From positions 6,696,001 through 6,760,000 of the forward strand of contig CM022674.1 of NCBI GenBank assembly GCA_012295275.1: a stretch of 64,000 nt of DNA. Reading direction: 5' to 3'. Position 1 is the first letter of the stretch, and each line of letters starts with the position of its first letter. Shown in pieces: positions 41,231-55,373 of the stretch. The position numbers and the translations under genes were made by a program. The DNA is from Chrysomallon squamiferum (Eukaryota; Animalia; Mollusca). The notes beneath the pieces were generated by a model, which was given only the letters and a program-made list of their open reading frames with translations, was not told the DNA's origin and ran no database searches.

Positions 41231-41920
41231 TGTTATTTTAGTTATATTCTTTTTAATTAATATTTTTAATCTAAATTGTATATATAATAAATATTGAATG
41301 AATAATAATAATTTGATTAATTATTTATGACTTATTATTTTCCATTAAAAATCAAATTATTATTATATTTAAATTTTTAAAATTTTAATCTAATTATTTT
41401 CCTATTTCATGATTATTGAAGTATTTTTAATTTTCAAATGTTTCATTTGTCCTGTGATTTAATTCCATGTTTATACAGTTCATACAGACACATACACACA
41501 ACATATTTATATATATATATATATATATATAATTTTCTTATTTTTATATTTAAAAAAATAAAAACCAATAACATTTATATTATTTACATAAAAATTTGGT
41601 TGTTCATTGTGACTTTATTAATAAATGAAGATAACAAAGATTTGAAATTAGACATATTTTGTACTATTTTTACCAATTTTACAAAATGGTTATTAGCATA
41701 TTGATATAAATAAACAGTCATTTTATAATTATTTTTCTTGTTGTTGTTGTTGTTATCATGTTTTTAACAATTTTTTAAAAAAAAAAAGTAAACTAAACAT
41801 TGTAACAGCTGAGATTATTTTGTGATGAATGTATTGTGCTTTTGTGTTGGCTGAAAGTTCAAGATTAATATTTTTAATATTTCCAGGCTGTTCCTTTTTT
41901 CCTTTTTCTTTCTTCTTCAT

Positions 41921-41951
<31 letters not shown>

Positions 41952-41952
41952 T

Positions 41953-42004
<52 letters not shown>

Positions 42005-42114
42005 TTTATTATTACTATTATTATTTTTACATATTTATGATAAACACATTATTTTGGTAACTTTATTTAAAATATATAAAATTCACTTCTAATAAACGAA
42101 CTGATGAAATAAAA

Positions 42115-42159
<45 letters not shown>

Positions 42160-45100
42160 ACTGAGCTTGAAGAAAAAATGACTTGTACATATTTCTCATA
42201 TTTACATATTCAGAGTAGATAAAGCAAATACCAGATTCAGTTATTTATTCTCTAAACAGATATGGTAAACTGTACGCTGGTAACGTTTGTGACAATGTAT
42301 GACAATTAATAATGTCCACAACAAAAACAGAATAAATGACATACGGATATGGAAAAATGAATATAATGAACATACACTGGATATTTAATAAAAGCGGTTT
42401 GTTTCTTTTTAAAATTTATGTAATGTTCAGCTAACTAACTGCATGACATTTCCGTTCTTTTTCACGTTAGTACATTGGCGGTAAATCTGTTTGGTTTGTT
42501 TGGCAAAGTGTGTACGTTTAATACAAACATTAACACAATTCAAGGGAGAAGTGAAACCTAAGTACCAACGCTCCATGGTCTAGTGGAAGTATTAAATACC
42601 TATTTTATTATTCCTAATACACACTTGACGATCTCAAGCCACACTTTTGAAAGCCTGTTGCTCCCTATTATTATTATAAATGGGGAATTTCCTTTTATTG
42701 TAATTTAACAAATACCTTTAATAAATGTCGTCTGTTTGGTGTTGCTGTTGGTTACAATAGTAGTATCTATTGGTCTTCGTTTGATTTTGTATTATTTGTT
42801 TACTTGTGTATGTCTTAAGTTTCTGCTGTTTTTTTATAAAAGTTTTGGTACTGAATAAATAACCATGACCAGTTTCAGAAGGATAAATTGACAAAAAAGA
42901 AAAAGAAAACAACAGCAGTAATAATAATAATAAAAAACCCAATAACAATAACAGAAATAATAATAATTATTATAATAAATAAATAAATAAATAAATGAGG
43001 ATTCTTTTATATGATAAAACTTCTTCGATTTAGTTATAAACTTGTGAACTGTTTAATATTTCTTTTTTTACTCATCCTTTGTTATTAATTATATATTTAT
43101 AAATATATATATTTTTTTTCGTTAGTGTATTTTTTTATTATTATTTATTAACTCTTTATTTTTAAAATCTCAATCGCCAAACACTGAACGCATGTGTGTA
43201 TCGTATCTGGAAATGACAGTAATTTTTTATATTTTGTTTTTATTTTTGCTGCCTAGAGAAGCTTATATGGTTAGTAGATTGTTCATATAGACAGTATATT
43301 TGTATTCTGTCTAGACATAAAAAATTAGGTTGCTAGTTAATTAACATGAAAAACGCCCTTGAATACATCCACTAATATTATTAGTCATTTGACAGTAAAA
43401 GTACACGTGTATCCTGTTTAGAAAAGACAGAAAACATTTCTAACACTGACGTGGAAATACTATTTGATTCGTATTGAAACAGAGAAAACAAACCTTTCAT
43501 TTGTTATATTTGATATTTCCACCAGTATCTATAGAGAAAGAGAGAGAACGACAGACAGGCAGACAGATAGATGAAGAGACAGACAGACAGACAGACAGAT
43601 AGATAGATACATGAAAACACAGACAGACAGACAGACAGACAGATACACAGATAGAGATCCAGAAATAACTAAGATCAGATGAAATAAGATAATAAGATTA
43701 TTAGTTTACTAACGTGAATATTTTATACATACTGTATTTAGAAATTAAAATAATATTTTTTTCTTATATAAGCATTTTTAAAACCTTTCTAGATTTTACA
43801 GACAAGAATACTGTTACTTAAACAACGTAGAAAATATATATTCAAAATAACTCGGAGGCATCAATCGGAACGGGATATTTCAAGAACCTACACGTCAACC
43901 TGGGTTTTTTTTTTGGGTTTTTTTTAAGCTTTTGATATAAGATTGATTACTAAGCACTGAACAGCCAAATTTCATTCTGCACGCAGATAGTAATTATTTG
44001 ACGCAAAGATGTGTCATTCCATTGTAAAGATATCTGCACGTTATCTGCACATTATTGCACCGTTTAACAAACTTTTCACTGTCAGTCAATGAAACGGTAT
44101 ATTGATTACCATAGACTGTTATGAAACAAGATCAAATATACACTGATATACAATACTGCTTTTCTTGTGTGTAAAGGCGAATGATTTTCTCTAACTCTTT
44201 ATTTTATTATTATTATTTTTTATTCTATACCCCCAACTCCTTTTCTTTTAGTTTTATTTTCATTCAATTTTTGTTCCTTTTGTATTCATATTTAAAAAAA
44301 AAAAAATCTATATTTATAATAAATGTTTTTCTTCTTCTTCTCTGCGTTTTTTTTTTTTTTTTTATATTTTATGTTCTTATTATTAATATTTCGTTTTCTT
44401 CTTTTGAACATTTCTATACTCCTTTCTTTATAGATACGTAAACCTGCGCGAGATCCATGAGCGATTTGTATTATCGACGCCTGCGCAGTGAAAGCTTCCT
44501 GTAGAGACACCTTTTTTTATTTTATTTTTTTATTTTTTTATTTTTTTTTTACTTTTCTTCTTGTTGATCTGCTGTGTTCTCTATTCATGTGTCTGAAATG
44601 AACGAACGTCTTCTGTGACGCTGTCCAAAAGATTTTATTTCAGTCATTGTCTGGCGACAGCACTGATTTTCTTTTCACATGCAAAACGAGAAACGCTTCT
44701 CTTTATTCTCTCGCGCCTATTGGTATACTCATATTATCATATCTTTCACGGTGCATATAATAATGTTTTCTATACGGCTATAAATATAATATTTATTGGG
44801 TGTCTGGCTCTTGCTATGTTCTTATGTCATTTTCGTGCAGATATGTTTTAGAGTGTACAGTAAGTTATATATCACAGGTGTGATGTGTGTAACGGATTAG
44901 GAAATACATGCGTGTGTCTATCAGGATAATCTTTTTAAAGAGAAATTTTTTGAAGAATGTGACTGGATTATCTTTCTAAATATTCAGAACGTGTAAGTAT
45001 TTTTATTATATCCCTACTATTAGTACTTAAATGTCTGCCAACATATGTATATCTATATCTATATCTATCTATCTATATATATATATATATTATATATATG

Positions 45101-46057
45101 ATATATATAGATATATATATATAAACGTATCTAACGTATCTACATTTGTTCGTATACACACGTACATACATACATACAACACGTACATATATACAAATGT
45201 ATATACACATAAATACAAACATGCATTTATACAAAAATATACTTAAACACATACATGCATATATATATATGTATACATAATAACATACAAACATACATAT
45301 AAACATACATATATATATATATGTATAGGCATTGATGTATTTACACATATACACATATACATATCCATTCAACTTTTATTATTATTATTATCATCATCAT
45401 CATCATCATTATCATTATGATCATCATTATTATAATTATTATTATGATTATTATTATTAATAGTAGTAGTAACAGCAGCAGCAGCAGCAGTAGAAGTAGA
45501 AGTAATAGTATCAGTAGTGGTAGTAGTAGTATTGTTGTTTTTATCATTAATGTTATTATAACTGTTATCATACATTACTGTCGTTGTTGTCGTTATTATT
45601 TATTTATTTATTTTTATTTTTATTTATTTATTTATTATTATTATTATTACATTTAACTTCTCTATTTAATAATCTCTTCGACATTTACCATCAGTTCAAA
45701 GTTAAAATCTCTGAATAACACGACACATTATATTTCAAACAAACATCTCTTTCTGAACTTATTTTACGAAAGATTTTCTAAATCGTCTAAGATGTTGCTT
45801 AAGTTACAATCCCTAGATTCCATGACACGGTGTATTTCATCCATCTATCTCAACTCTGTTTTGTTTTTTACAGTCGTGTACTGTAAACTCTGCTCTAGCC
45901 TCAAGCAAACGTATTACTGAAGGTGACAAAGGGGAGGCAATTTTCGCTCAGTTCCAGTAATTGATTATTCGCAATCAGAGCCGGATATTATCAGATATAA
46001 ATCTTGCAGCGTAGCTTTCTTAAAGGCGCAGTATCGTTTTTTATTTTATTATTATTA

Positions 46058-46099
<42 letters not shown>

Positions 46100-48104
46100 T
46101 TTAAAGTAACCGGCCTCTTGAAACTGGAAACTGGTAAATGATATATATATATATAGTGTGTGTGTGTATGTGTGTGTGTCAATTTATTATTATTTTCCAA
46201 TCTACTGGTCTTGATTTTTAAACTACATGTATCACTGTTTTTTGTTATTATGTAGCGGTGATGTTGACAATGTCTTCCTTCTTCTTATCATCCCACCACC
46301 ACCATCATCATTATTGTTATTAGTAGTAGTAGTAGTAGTAGTCGTAGACGTTGTAACAGTAGTAGTAATGGTAGTATTAGTGTAGTCACTGTAGTGGTTT
46401 CAGTAATTATAGTGGTAAAGTGGTTGTAATAGTAGTAGTAGTAGCAATAACAGCAGCAGCAGCAGCTAATAATAATAATAGTAGTAGTAGTAGTAGTAGT
46501 AGAAAGAGTACAATAGTAGTAGTAGTAATAGTACAGTAGTAGTAGTAGTAACAGTACAGTAGTAGTAGCAGTAGTACAATAGTAGTGGTACAGTAATAGT
46601 AATACAGTAGTAGTAATGGAATAGTAGTAGTAGTAGTAATAGTTGAAGTAGTTGCAGGAGTAAAAGTTATACGTACACATAGAAATAGTAGAGCTGAAGT
46701 CATTGTTGTTGTTGTAGTAGCCTCAGCATCACCATCATCAGCGGCAGCAGAAGCAACAGCACTATTTGTCAGCCAGAGTAGTTGAAGGCGAAGATATCGG
46801 TCTCTTTTTATTGTAGTTCATTAAAATATTATACATCTTAGTGTTACTTTTCATCAGCCTAAGTACTTTTTTTTCTTTCTTTAAAAAAAAAAAATAATAA
46901 TAATAAAAAAAAAAAGAAAAAAAGAAAAGAAAAGAAAAGAACATAAACAGAAAAAAGAAAGAAAGAAAAAAAAAAAGATAATGAAAAAAAAAAAAAGTAG
47001 TGTTATTGGAATCCCATAAAGCAATTTATTTCATAAAAATAAGTTTAAAAAGTGCGAATCAATGTTTAATTTTCAACCACTAAATCAGTCGTGCTTAATG
47101 AATGATTCTGACGTGGTTGATCCGTTGCGTTGTCAGGCGTGACGTGTTAGTTGAAGTTGGGCAACGTTTTGTATTTGTCCCTTTTTTTCCTTTTCATCAG
47201 TTTTCTATTATTTGCGATTTTCTTTTGTGTAAGATAATATCAGTGTGTTTTATTAAATGTTTTCATAATTTGTGTCTGAGAGCAGATTTTTGAAAAAAGT
47301 AAAAAATATAGTTTAAAAATAAATAAATACAGATAATACAATATATGCATAAGTAAACAAAATAAATTAAATAAATGTCAACGTATGACAAGGAACATTT
47401 TCAAGTTGAAAATATTTATAAAGAAAATTGATCTATGAAAGCTATCTAAGCTCTATCGTGGTGATATAAGACAGGTATTGTTGTTTAAAAAATGAATTTA
47501 AAAATTTATGAACAAGATAATGCACAAGAATAAGTACAAAAAGAGAATAAATAATAGAAGACCAAAAAAAAAAAATAATAAAAAAAAAAAAAATATTTTT
47601 TTTTTTTTTTTTTTTTTAAATAGTAAAAAAATAATAAATAAATAAATAAAACACAATTTTATTTTTTATGGATGTTATGGTTACGTGGACATATTACCGT
47701 TTTATGCATGTACCGAACCATTCCAGAAACATGAAGTATTCAGAAATCCGGGAAGTTTTGAGTTTGGTGCGTTTTAATATTGTTATCACTAACTATTTCA
47801 GTTAATACTATTAATGTTATGATTATTTTTTTAAAATATTGTTTTTCTACTACTATCAGCTTATGATTTTTACTTTGTCATTATCATCTGTTCATGTAAC
47901 ATCTACAACGTCAGTTATTACTTTTACTATAATTAATAGTATTATACTGTTACTCTTACAGCTACAACTACACACAACAACACCAAAAACACGAACTATT
48001 TTTAGTTCTAAAACAAACACTTGTTACCTAATTAATTATTCATTAATGATTAAATATGATTGGCTAAATTTTAAAGATAATCATCTACGTAACAAATACT
48101 ACTA

Positions 48105-48362
48105 AAGGTTGAGAATCCTTAGGACAGGAAGTGTTTAAGATTTTTGAATATAAGGAAACAGCATGAGAATAGAATCTACGTCTAAATATAAATTCCATTT
48201 ATGTTTCCTTATACAGCTTACACACATAGTTGGCAGGATTTTAAAAAAAATATTTTTAAAAATTTTATGTTAAAAAAATCCGAAAACTGTAAGATATTAT
48301 TATTTCTAATGCTTGGAAAAAGTTTCGGATTTCTCAATTTCGGATATGGAATCCTCAACCTG
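48105..48362. mobile_element. Non-autonomous Tc1/mariner-pogo (Tigger-like) MITE, about 258 bp
   Basis: TA|AAGGTTGAGAATCC ... GGAATCCTCAACCTG|TA gives imperfect TIRs flanked by TA, with subterminal TTTCGGAT repeats. It resembles Tigger4/MER46 as I recall that consensus. Confidence 0.75.
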
Positions 48363-48635
48363 TATTTCTCCATAATGGTTCGTAAAAATTTAGTAATTTT
48401 TCTCTCAGTATATATATCTTTGTTAAACGTAACAATTATTATACAGATACATTTTTGCAACTCACTGAAACGAAGCATGGTATATTAATTATACATTAAT
48501 GGTGAAATCTGATTGGTTAATCTTTGCTTGTAGTAAACATCTTAATTATGACGTCATATATCAGAAACGACGCCTTACTTAATTCTGTAACGGCAATTTC
48601 TTTCTTTCACCTTCTTCTTCTCATCATCATCATCA

Positions 48636-48679
<44 letters not shown>

Positions 48680-49488
48680 TATTAATTACAAAACTAGCAA
48701 TTTCTGTATACGTATTCATGCACACAAATACACAAACAGAGAACACTGTTTCATAACACATCACTGTCCTTGGAAAAAGCTGAAAATTCTTAATCACGAA
48801 TCTATCAAATCAGTAATTTAACTGACAGGAACAAATTTCCCGGAATCAGCTAACTTCGATTTTATACCACTTCCCGACAAAAGAGTTCTCTACGGACAGA
48901 CTATTAAATCAAAGTCCGATAATTATGAGAAATCGAAGTCGAGGAACGTTAATGCTATAAATAGATACTAGAGACTAGGTAAATACATATATATAAAAAG
49001 AAAAAGAAAGGTGCAGAAATAGTAAATAGAAAAGCAAATTTTATATATTAATTATTTCATTCAAAAAAAAAAATAACATGCCAAAAAAAAAACACAACAA
49101 ATAATTTATTTTCATTATTATCTGTACTAAATACGTTCTTGAAATGTGATATGATTATATTATGTTTTCATACATTGCCTTTTCCCGTAATATTATTAAT
49201 CTTAAAGTAGAGCTATCATTAATGAGGTAATTTCGGTCTATTTCTGTAGTCTCTTTTTATCTTCAGCTGCTATCAGTTTTAGGTTCGATGATGCAAACAC
49301 TTCATATCAACATCAGTAACAACGTCGTTTCATGTGGTCACGCGACGCAACTTTTATTAGGAACAGGTTCTATAACAAATGAGGAATTCTTTATTGAGGA
49401 AAACAATGAAGTAATTCCTGAAAGACAGACACTTCAAAGTGATGAAAGTAGTCATATTTAAAAACAAGTACAGACGTTCTTGTTTGTT

Positions 49489-49540
<52 letters not shown>

Positions 49541-49616
49541 CATACATAAATATATATATATATATTTCACTTTCTTCTTTTCTTTTTCATTTTATTTCTC
49601 TCTTTCTCATACACGC

Positions 49617-49674
<58 letters not shown>

Positions 49675-49897
49675 CTCTCTCTCACTTTTTCTCATACACA
49701 CTCATGCATGCACACATAGACAGACATTTGAACATATGCACTTTCTAACTTCTTCTTTTGTGCATAAAAGAATACACACATTTATACTGACCGCCTCACA
49801 TATATAGACACACTTATACTCACTATCTCACACCTACATACACATGTACACACTTATACTCACACACCCACTTGAATGCATGTAACATCTTTTCTTC

Positions 49898-49967
<70 letters not shown>

Positions 49968-50830
49968 TAGGATTAAAGGATATGAGGGTTATATATATAT
50001 TTACCTTCTTCCATATATAACCAAGTACGTTTTCTTTTTATGATATCGTACATTTATTTTGTTTATACCGGTCTATACTATTGATTGATGAATGTGTTGG
50101 GTTTAAAATATTTCACAAGTATGATATACTAATTTATATTAGATATAGTTTTTTGTGGTGGGAAGAACATACATTGTATGCTAACCTGAAAAACGACGAG
50201 TCATTCAAAATAGTGAATTTCTTTTGTCTCGCAGTATAACAGTATAATAAAGCGTGTTGTAATTTATTACAGATTATAACGAATGCATGACATCGAGTTT
50301 ATTCTGTTTAGCAGTATACACCATATTTTCTAATTTAAATATATTTAATTTTGAATTTATTTTGTCTCGCTGGATAACTTTATGATAATGTATGTTCTAA
50401 TTTGTAACAGATATAATGAATATAAAATACTGCCTTTATTTTGCTTTGCCTCATAAACAGAATGCGTGTATTTTGTCTTGCAGTATAGATCAAGATTGTT
50501 ATTTAAAAAAAAAAAACCCGGGTTATGTAATACGTTATTCTGAATTGAAAATGTCATTAGATTTCAATATGACAAAAAAACTTTCTGCATAATCGATAAT
50601 GCTAAAGTTAAGAGCATTCATTTTGACATGTTTTAAGTCTAACATTTGGTGTGAATGTGATTTATGTGCGGTCTTAACGCACGTGTGTTTATTGAATGTG
50701 TTTTTGGATATGCGTAATGCATGCACGTTTTTGTTTCCATGCACGTAAGTATGTTTACATATCTTATATTTATGCATATACATAAAACGTAGATAGATAC
50801 ATAAATATATACATACTTACATAAATATAT

Positions 50831-50866
<36 letters not shown>

Positions 50867-51312
50867 ATATATATATATATATACACACAATGTCATATAT
50901 ACATAAACACCCATACAAATATACAAACATATACATGCACATATGTACAAACATTCATCCATACATCCACATAGGTATACATCCACATACATATACATAC
51001 ACACAGATACATACACATATATGTATATACATACATACGCATACAAACATACATATACACATACCAATATACAAAAATATACAGACGTACATATACATAC
51101 AAACATATATAGAGACACATACAAATATATATAAACAGATACATTCAGAGACACACAGACACACACACACACTCACTCACGCACGTAGACTCAGATACAT
51201 CAAGATACATACACACATATATATAAACAAATACAGGGACAACAGAAAATACATGTGAATTCTTCAATTTAACTCTTCTACAATACATTTTTTTTTCAGT
51301 TACTAATCTGCT

Positions 51313-52932
51313 ATGTATGGAAACTTCAACCCGACAACGGCTACGACAACGGGATGGGACGGATATTCTTACGGTAATTCTTCCATTCCTGTTGGGAGCA
51401 CCGCACCTCAGTTCGTGACGTACAATCAGTTACAGCCAACAGCAGACCCAGTTTCACAGTATTCAGCATTCAACCCAGCACCAAATCCTGTCCCATCTCA
51501 GTATGGCACAGCAGTGACCGGTATGGAAATGCAGCAGCCGTCTTACGTTACGACATTACCGGGAAATGAATTCGTGCAGACGATACAAAATCCGGTTAGC
51601 CTTGGTTCGGAGGGCGCTTTCGTTAATTACAACACCCCAACCCTGGCTCCTAATGTTGTTAGTTCAGGTTACGAAAATACGGCTACTGCGGTAACAGATC
51701 CTCAGTGTGTAACTTGTCAGGCGATTCCCACTTCTGTTTATCAAGACTACGGCCAAGGAGGCGTGGCTGTTGGCGCGCAAGACTATCAGTACGGTTATGA
51801 CGTCATACCAGGCGACAAAACTGTTATTGAAAGGAAAGAAAATGGCGGTGTGGAGAAACCGTCGGAAATCTCGTATTCTGGTTTTTACCAGGAAAAAGGC
51901 AGACGAAACAGCGGCTACGCGGGATCGGATCAGTCGCCGAGCAGGAAAAACAGCAAGGGAAGAAAAAACTCCAGCCAGAGACTCACCGAGCTGCGTCAGT
52001 CGGAGTTCAACACCGTCGTGTCAGGCAGCGATGACGAGGACAAACATCAGCTACGAAAGAAATCGGAGCCGATGGATGCCGACGGAGATCGCGGAGTCGC
52101 GGCTCCTCCTAGGAGAAAGGTATCCAAAGGAGCTCATCAAAGAGGTGACGACGGGAACCAGGCTCAGTTTGTTAACGGTTACAACGAGACTTACAAGGCT
52201 GGAGCAGTGGAGGTGGACAAAACTGCCGGGAATGGCCGAGTTGAAAAGCCAATGGATTTCGAGGATTCGACGAGAACCGGACCCAGCGAAAACACACGAA
52301 CTGACAACGATCGGGACGAAAATATGGAAAAGAGAATAAAAGAATTAACACAAGGGAAGGTAAACGAAGCAGCTGATGGCAGAATTAAAGACCTCCAACA
52401 AAGGGACAGAACTATTGCTCGAATGAAACAGATGACAAATTACGAAGCTTCCGAATCGGATATAACAGACACTGAGAGAAGTCACGTGATAGAGAGACGC
52501 GGGACTCGATTACCTCCGCATATGATCTCAAAATATCAAGACTATTACCGAATAGATTTTACGGATGACGAACTGCCGGATCCGATAACTTACCATAAAG
52601 CCAAACGTGCGTCACGTGCTTCTATTCTAAATAAAGCTGAAATGATACTGGAGTCCAGGAGACGATCTAGACTTCTTGATATTAATTCAAGTGATGAGGA
52701 AAGCCAGAATGTGAGGAGGAATGCACTCAACAGAATAATGCGAAGAACCGGAAATAGGACATCGCCCGAGTCTGAATATCGGGAAAATATTAGAACGCCA
52801 CGAGCTATGACGTCACCGGAAGTTGAAAGGTTACGAAATCATAAGACAAAATCAAAATATCTGAGGCGACGGAAACTACAACCAATAAGAAATAAACGCG
52901 TGAAAGAAAATGCTTTTCAGACATCGAGACAG
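51313..52932 (+). CDS. Large first coding exon (540 codons) of an unidentified gene; the product is low-complexity and probably disordered. The gene continues downstream
   Basis: 1.6-kb open, GC-richer, microsatellite-free frame. Acceptor TTTTTTCAG| at 51299 just before the ATG; donor CAG|GTGAGA at 52932 (phase 0). The ORF tail beyond 52932 is intron-like. Confidence 0.85.
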
Positions 52933-53225
52933 GTGAGAATATTTATTAATTCATTGTTTTATCATATTACACTGCTGTTATTTTGTTTTTCTTACTTTCT
53001 TTGTTTCCTTTTTTTCTATATTGTAAACACATTTGCCCAGTCCTCTATATTCATAATTAATGTTTTATGTATGTCTATATGTAGACATTTAATATATGTT
53101 GTTATTATTGTTGTTGTTGTTATTTTGCATCAATTACTATTGAACGAAAATGTTTTAAACAAAGTTGTTTCCCTTGAATAAGTCATAGCAAAATACTGAT
53201 AAATGGAATCGGATATGTTTCTTTT

Positions 53226-53326
<101 letters not shown>

Positions 53327-53516
53327 CAGTATTACTACTACTATAAGACAGTTACAGACATAGTACAAGAATAGCTAGAATTGTCAATTAAAACTGATGT
53401 TTGATGTTTTGCAGATTACTTACCTTTAACTCTATCCTCTGACATATATTTCAGTTCGTGATAAAATGTCGTAATGTCCAATAATTTTTTTTTTTCGTAT
53501 TAATGTCCATTCAAAT

Positions 53517-53904
53517 GGTGTCTTCCCATTTGGTAGATTCCCAGTTCGTATAATTCCCATTTCGTAGAAAAACCTGGTTTACTGCAATACCTGATTACCT
53601 CTGTATATAATGAACTTGGCCTGTGCATACATCTGGTTTCTTTCTAACATTCAGAGGGGGAGCGCATTGTTCCTAAATCGATTATGTAACATCAACCGAA
53701 AGCAGAATAAGCATTCACAACTCATTTGTTGTTGATTTGTTACTTTTTCATTATTTCATCATCTTCCTCCTTCTCATTATCATCATCATAATTATCATCA
53801 TTATTATTATTATTATTATTATTATATATTATTACTATTATTATTGTTGTTATTATTATTATTATTGTTATTCTTCTTATTCTTCTTATTATAATTACTG
53901 TTAC

Positions 53905-53968
<64 letters not shown>

Positions 53969-55373
53969 TAAACTGGTCATTTCTAAAACATTTCATTTCC
54001 GTTACAAAACAAGCAACCAATAATAAACAATTTTACATCAATTTCATCTATCTATTAAAATACAAAACGAAAAAAGAATGAAAGAAAAGAAAAATGGCTT
54101 GCTTCTGTAAGAGAATACGACAAAAATATTATAAATAACTAATTCAGCAAATATAATTTTTAACAAAACATATTTTACATATGAGTAATTTACTTATATT
54201 CAGTAAATAGAGTATTTGAACGTTACATTTATCATTAACTTTTCGAATTCAACCGTATTCAGCTTAAACATGTACAAGATATCTGTTACTGATCATATTT
54301 ACATTATGCACACATACATATTCAGATTGTGCACATATTATACAATATATGTGACATAGTATATTAATAGTGTGTACACTAAAGATATTATGACCTGCAA
54401 ATACTTTGGCTATGACTGAAAAAGTTTATACGAAGGACCAAATCATTGGGAATAGTTTTAGATAAATACCTTCTTTTTTAATTATTTACATTCACTATAT
54501 TCGATACATAGATTATTTCGATATTTGACATATTTGCATACTTTATGCGATAAGCAATATCCATACTACAATAATACCTCAGATTAAAGATGTAATTGGT
54601 TCCAAAACTTCCAATAATTAAGTGAGGTAAGCGGGAGACTAATTTACATAGAATTAAGGTTAAAAGCAATGGTTACTTTCTCGCTGATGAGATCTGACAC
54701 AAAAAAAAAAAAGGTGAAATATGGAGAAATAAAACGGCAGTTTAGACATAAATGATTTAATAGATTGTAGATATTAAATAAACAGTAAATCATTTACAAA
54801 TCAATTTATACAAATACATTAAGAAATAAGTATATGCCGCTCATTGTGGGTTTTGGTTTCATTTAAGATAATGTATTTTGTTTCTAAAGTTATTATCTTC
54901 CGTTTCTTTTATCATCAGCATTTGCCGGTATACTGTTATTCGTTTTGACATATTGGAAGGGTAAATTACAAACAAGTTTAAGTCTAAATCGAAGCAGAAG
55001 ACAAAAGAGAATCAGAATATCAGATGTACATATGACGTGTCAACTGATCAACACAACTGAGAGAAGCTCGTGAATGAACGAAAAATTAAAGAAAAGGGAC
55101 TTAAAAACATGCACTGTATACATTTGTATCATTTATTTCGAGCAATTAACTATTAAATTAAATTTCTATTTATATAATTTGTAAAGAAGAAAGATTGTTA
55201 AAGCGTGGTATCGTTAAGCGAGATGTTACTGTATTTATACAATAATAATCGCTTTCCAAATAATCTGGAGCAGTTCATTAAAATGACTGAGGTAAAACCA
55301 AACATGTCAATAAGACCACTGAACCACATTTAGCCTTTCTACGAAATGGGATTCTACCATATGGGACTAAGCC
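53517..55373. mobile_element. 1.86-kb non-autonomous DNA transposon: GG...CC termini, imperfect TIRs, 8-bp TSD ATTCAAAT
   Basis: Left end GGTGTCTTCCCATTTGGTAGATTCCC..CCCATTTCGTAGAAA; reverse complement of the right end GGCTTAGTCCCATATGGTAGAATCCCATTTCGTAGAAA. ATTCAAAT lies at 53509-53516 and 55374-55381. No transposase ORF is visible. Confidence 0.75.

Noticed and set aside
42108-42156. AATAAA plus a long A-run as a retrocopy tail
   Set aside because: No TSD or recognisable retroposed body was found, and A/T runs are common in this window.
42570-42590. tRNA A-box-like GCTCCATGGTCTAGTGG
   Set aside because: No B-box or cloverleaf follows, so it is not a tRNA gene.
50535-51258. Cluster of overlapping ORFs rich in Y/I/H/T/V/C
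   Set aside because: These are translations of degenerate (CA)n/(TA)n repeats.
51770-52339. Overlapping 189-aa ORF in the +1 frame
   Set aside because: It starts at TTG rather than ATG and is an expected shadow ORF in a GC-richer exon.
52933-53181. Hydrophobic C-terminal tail of the 622-aa ORF as transmembrane helices
   Set aside because: It lies after the strong donor at 52932 and is T-rich intron sequence.
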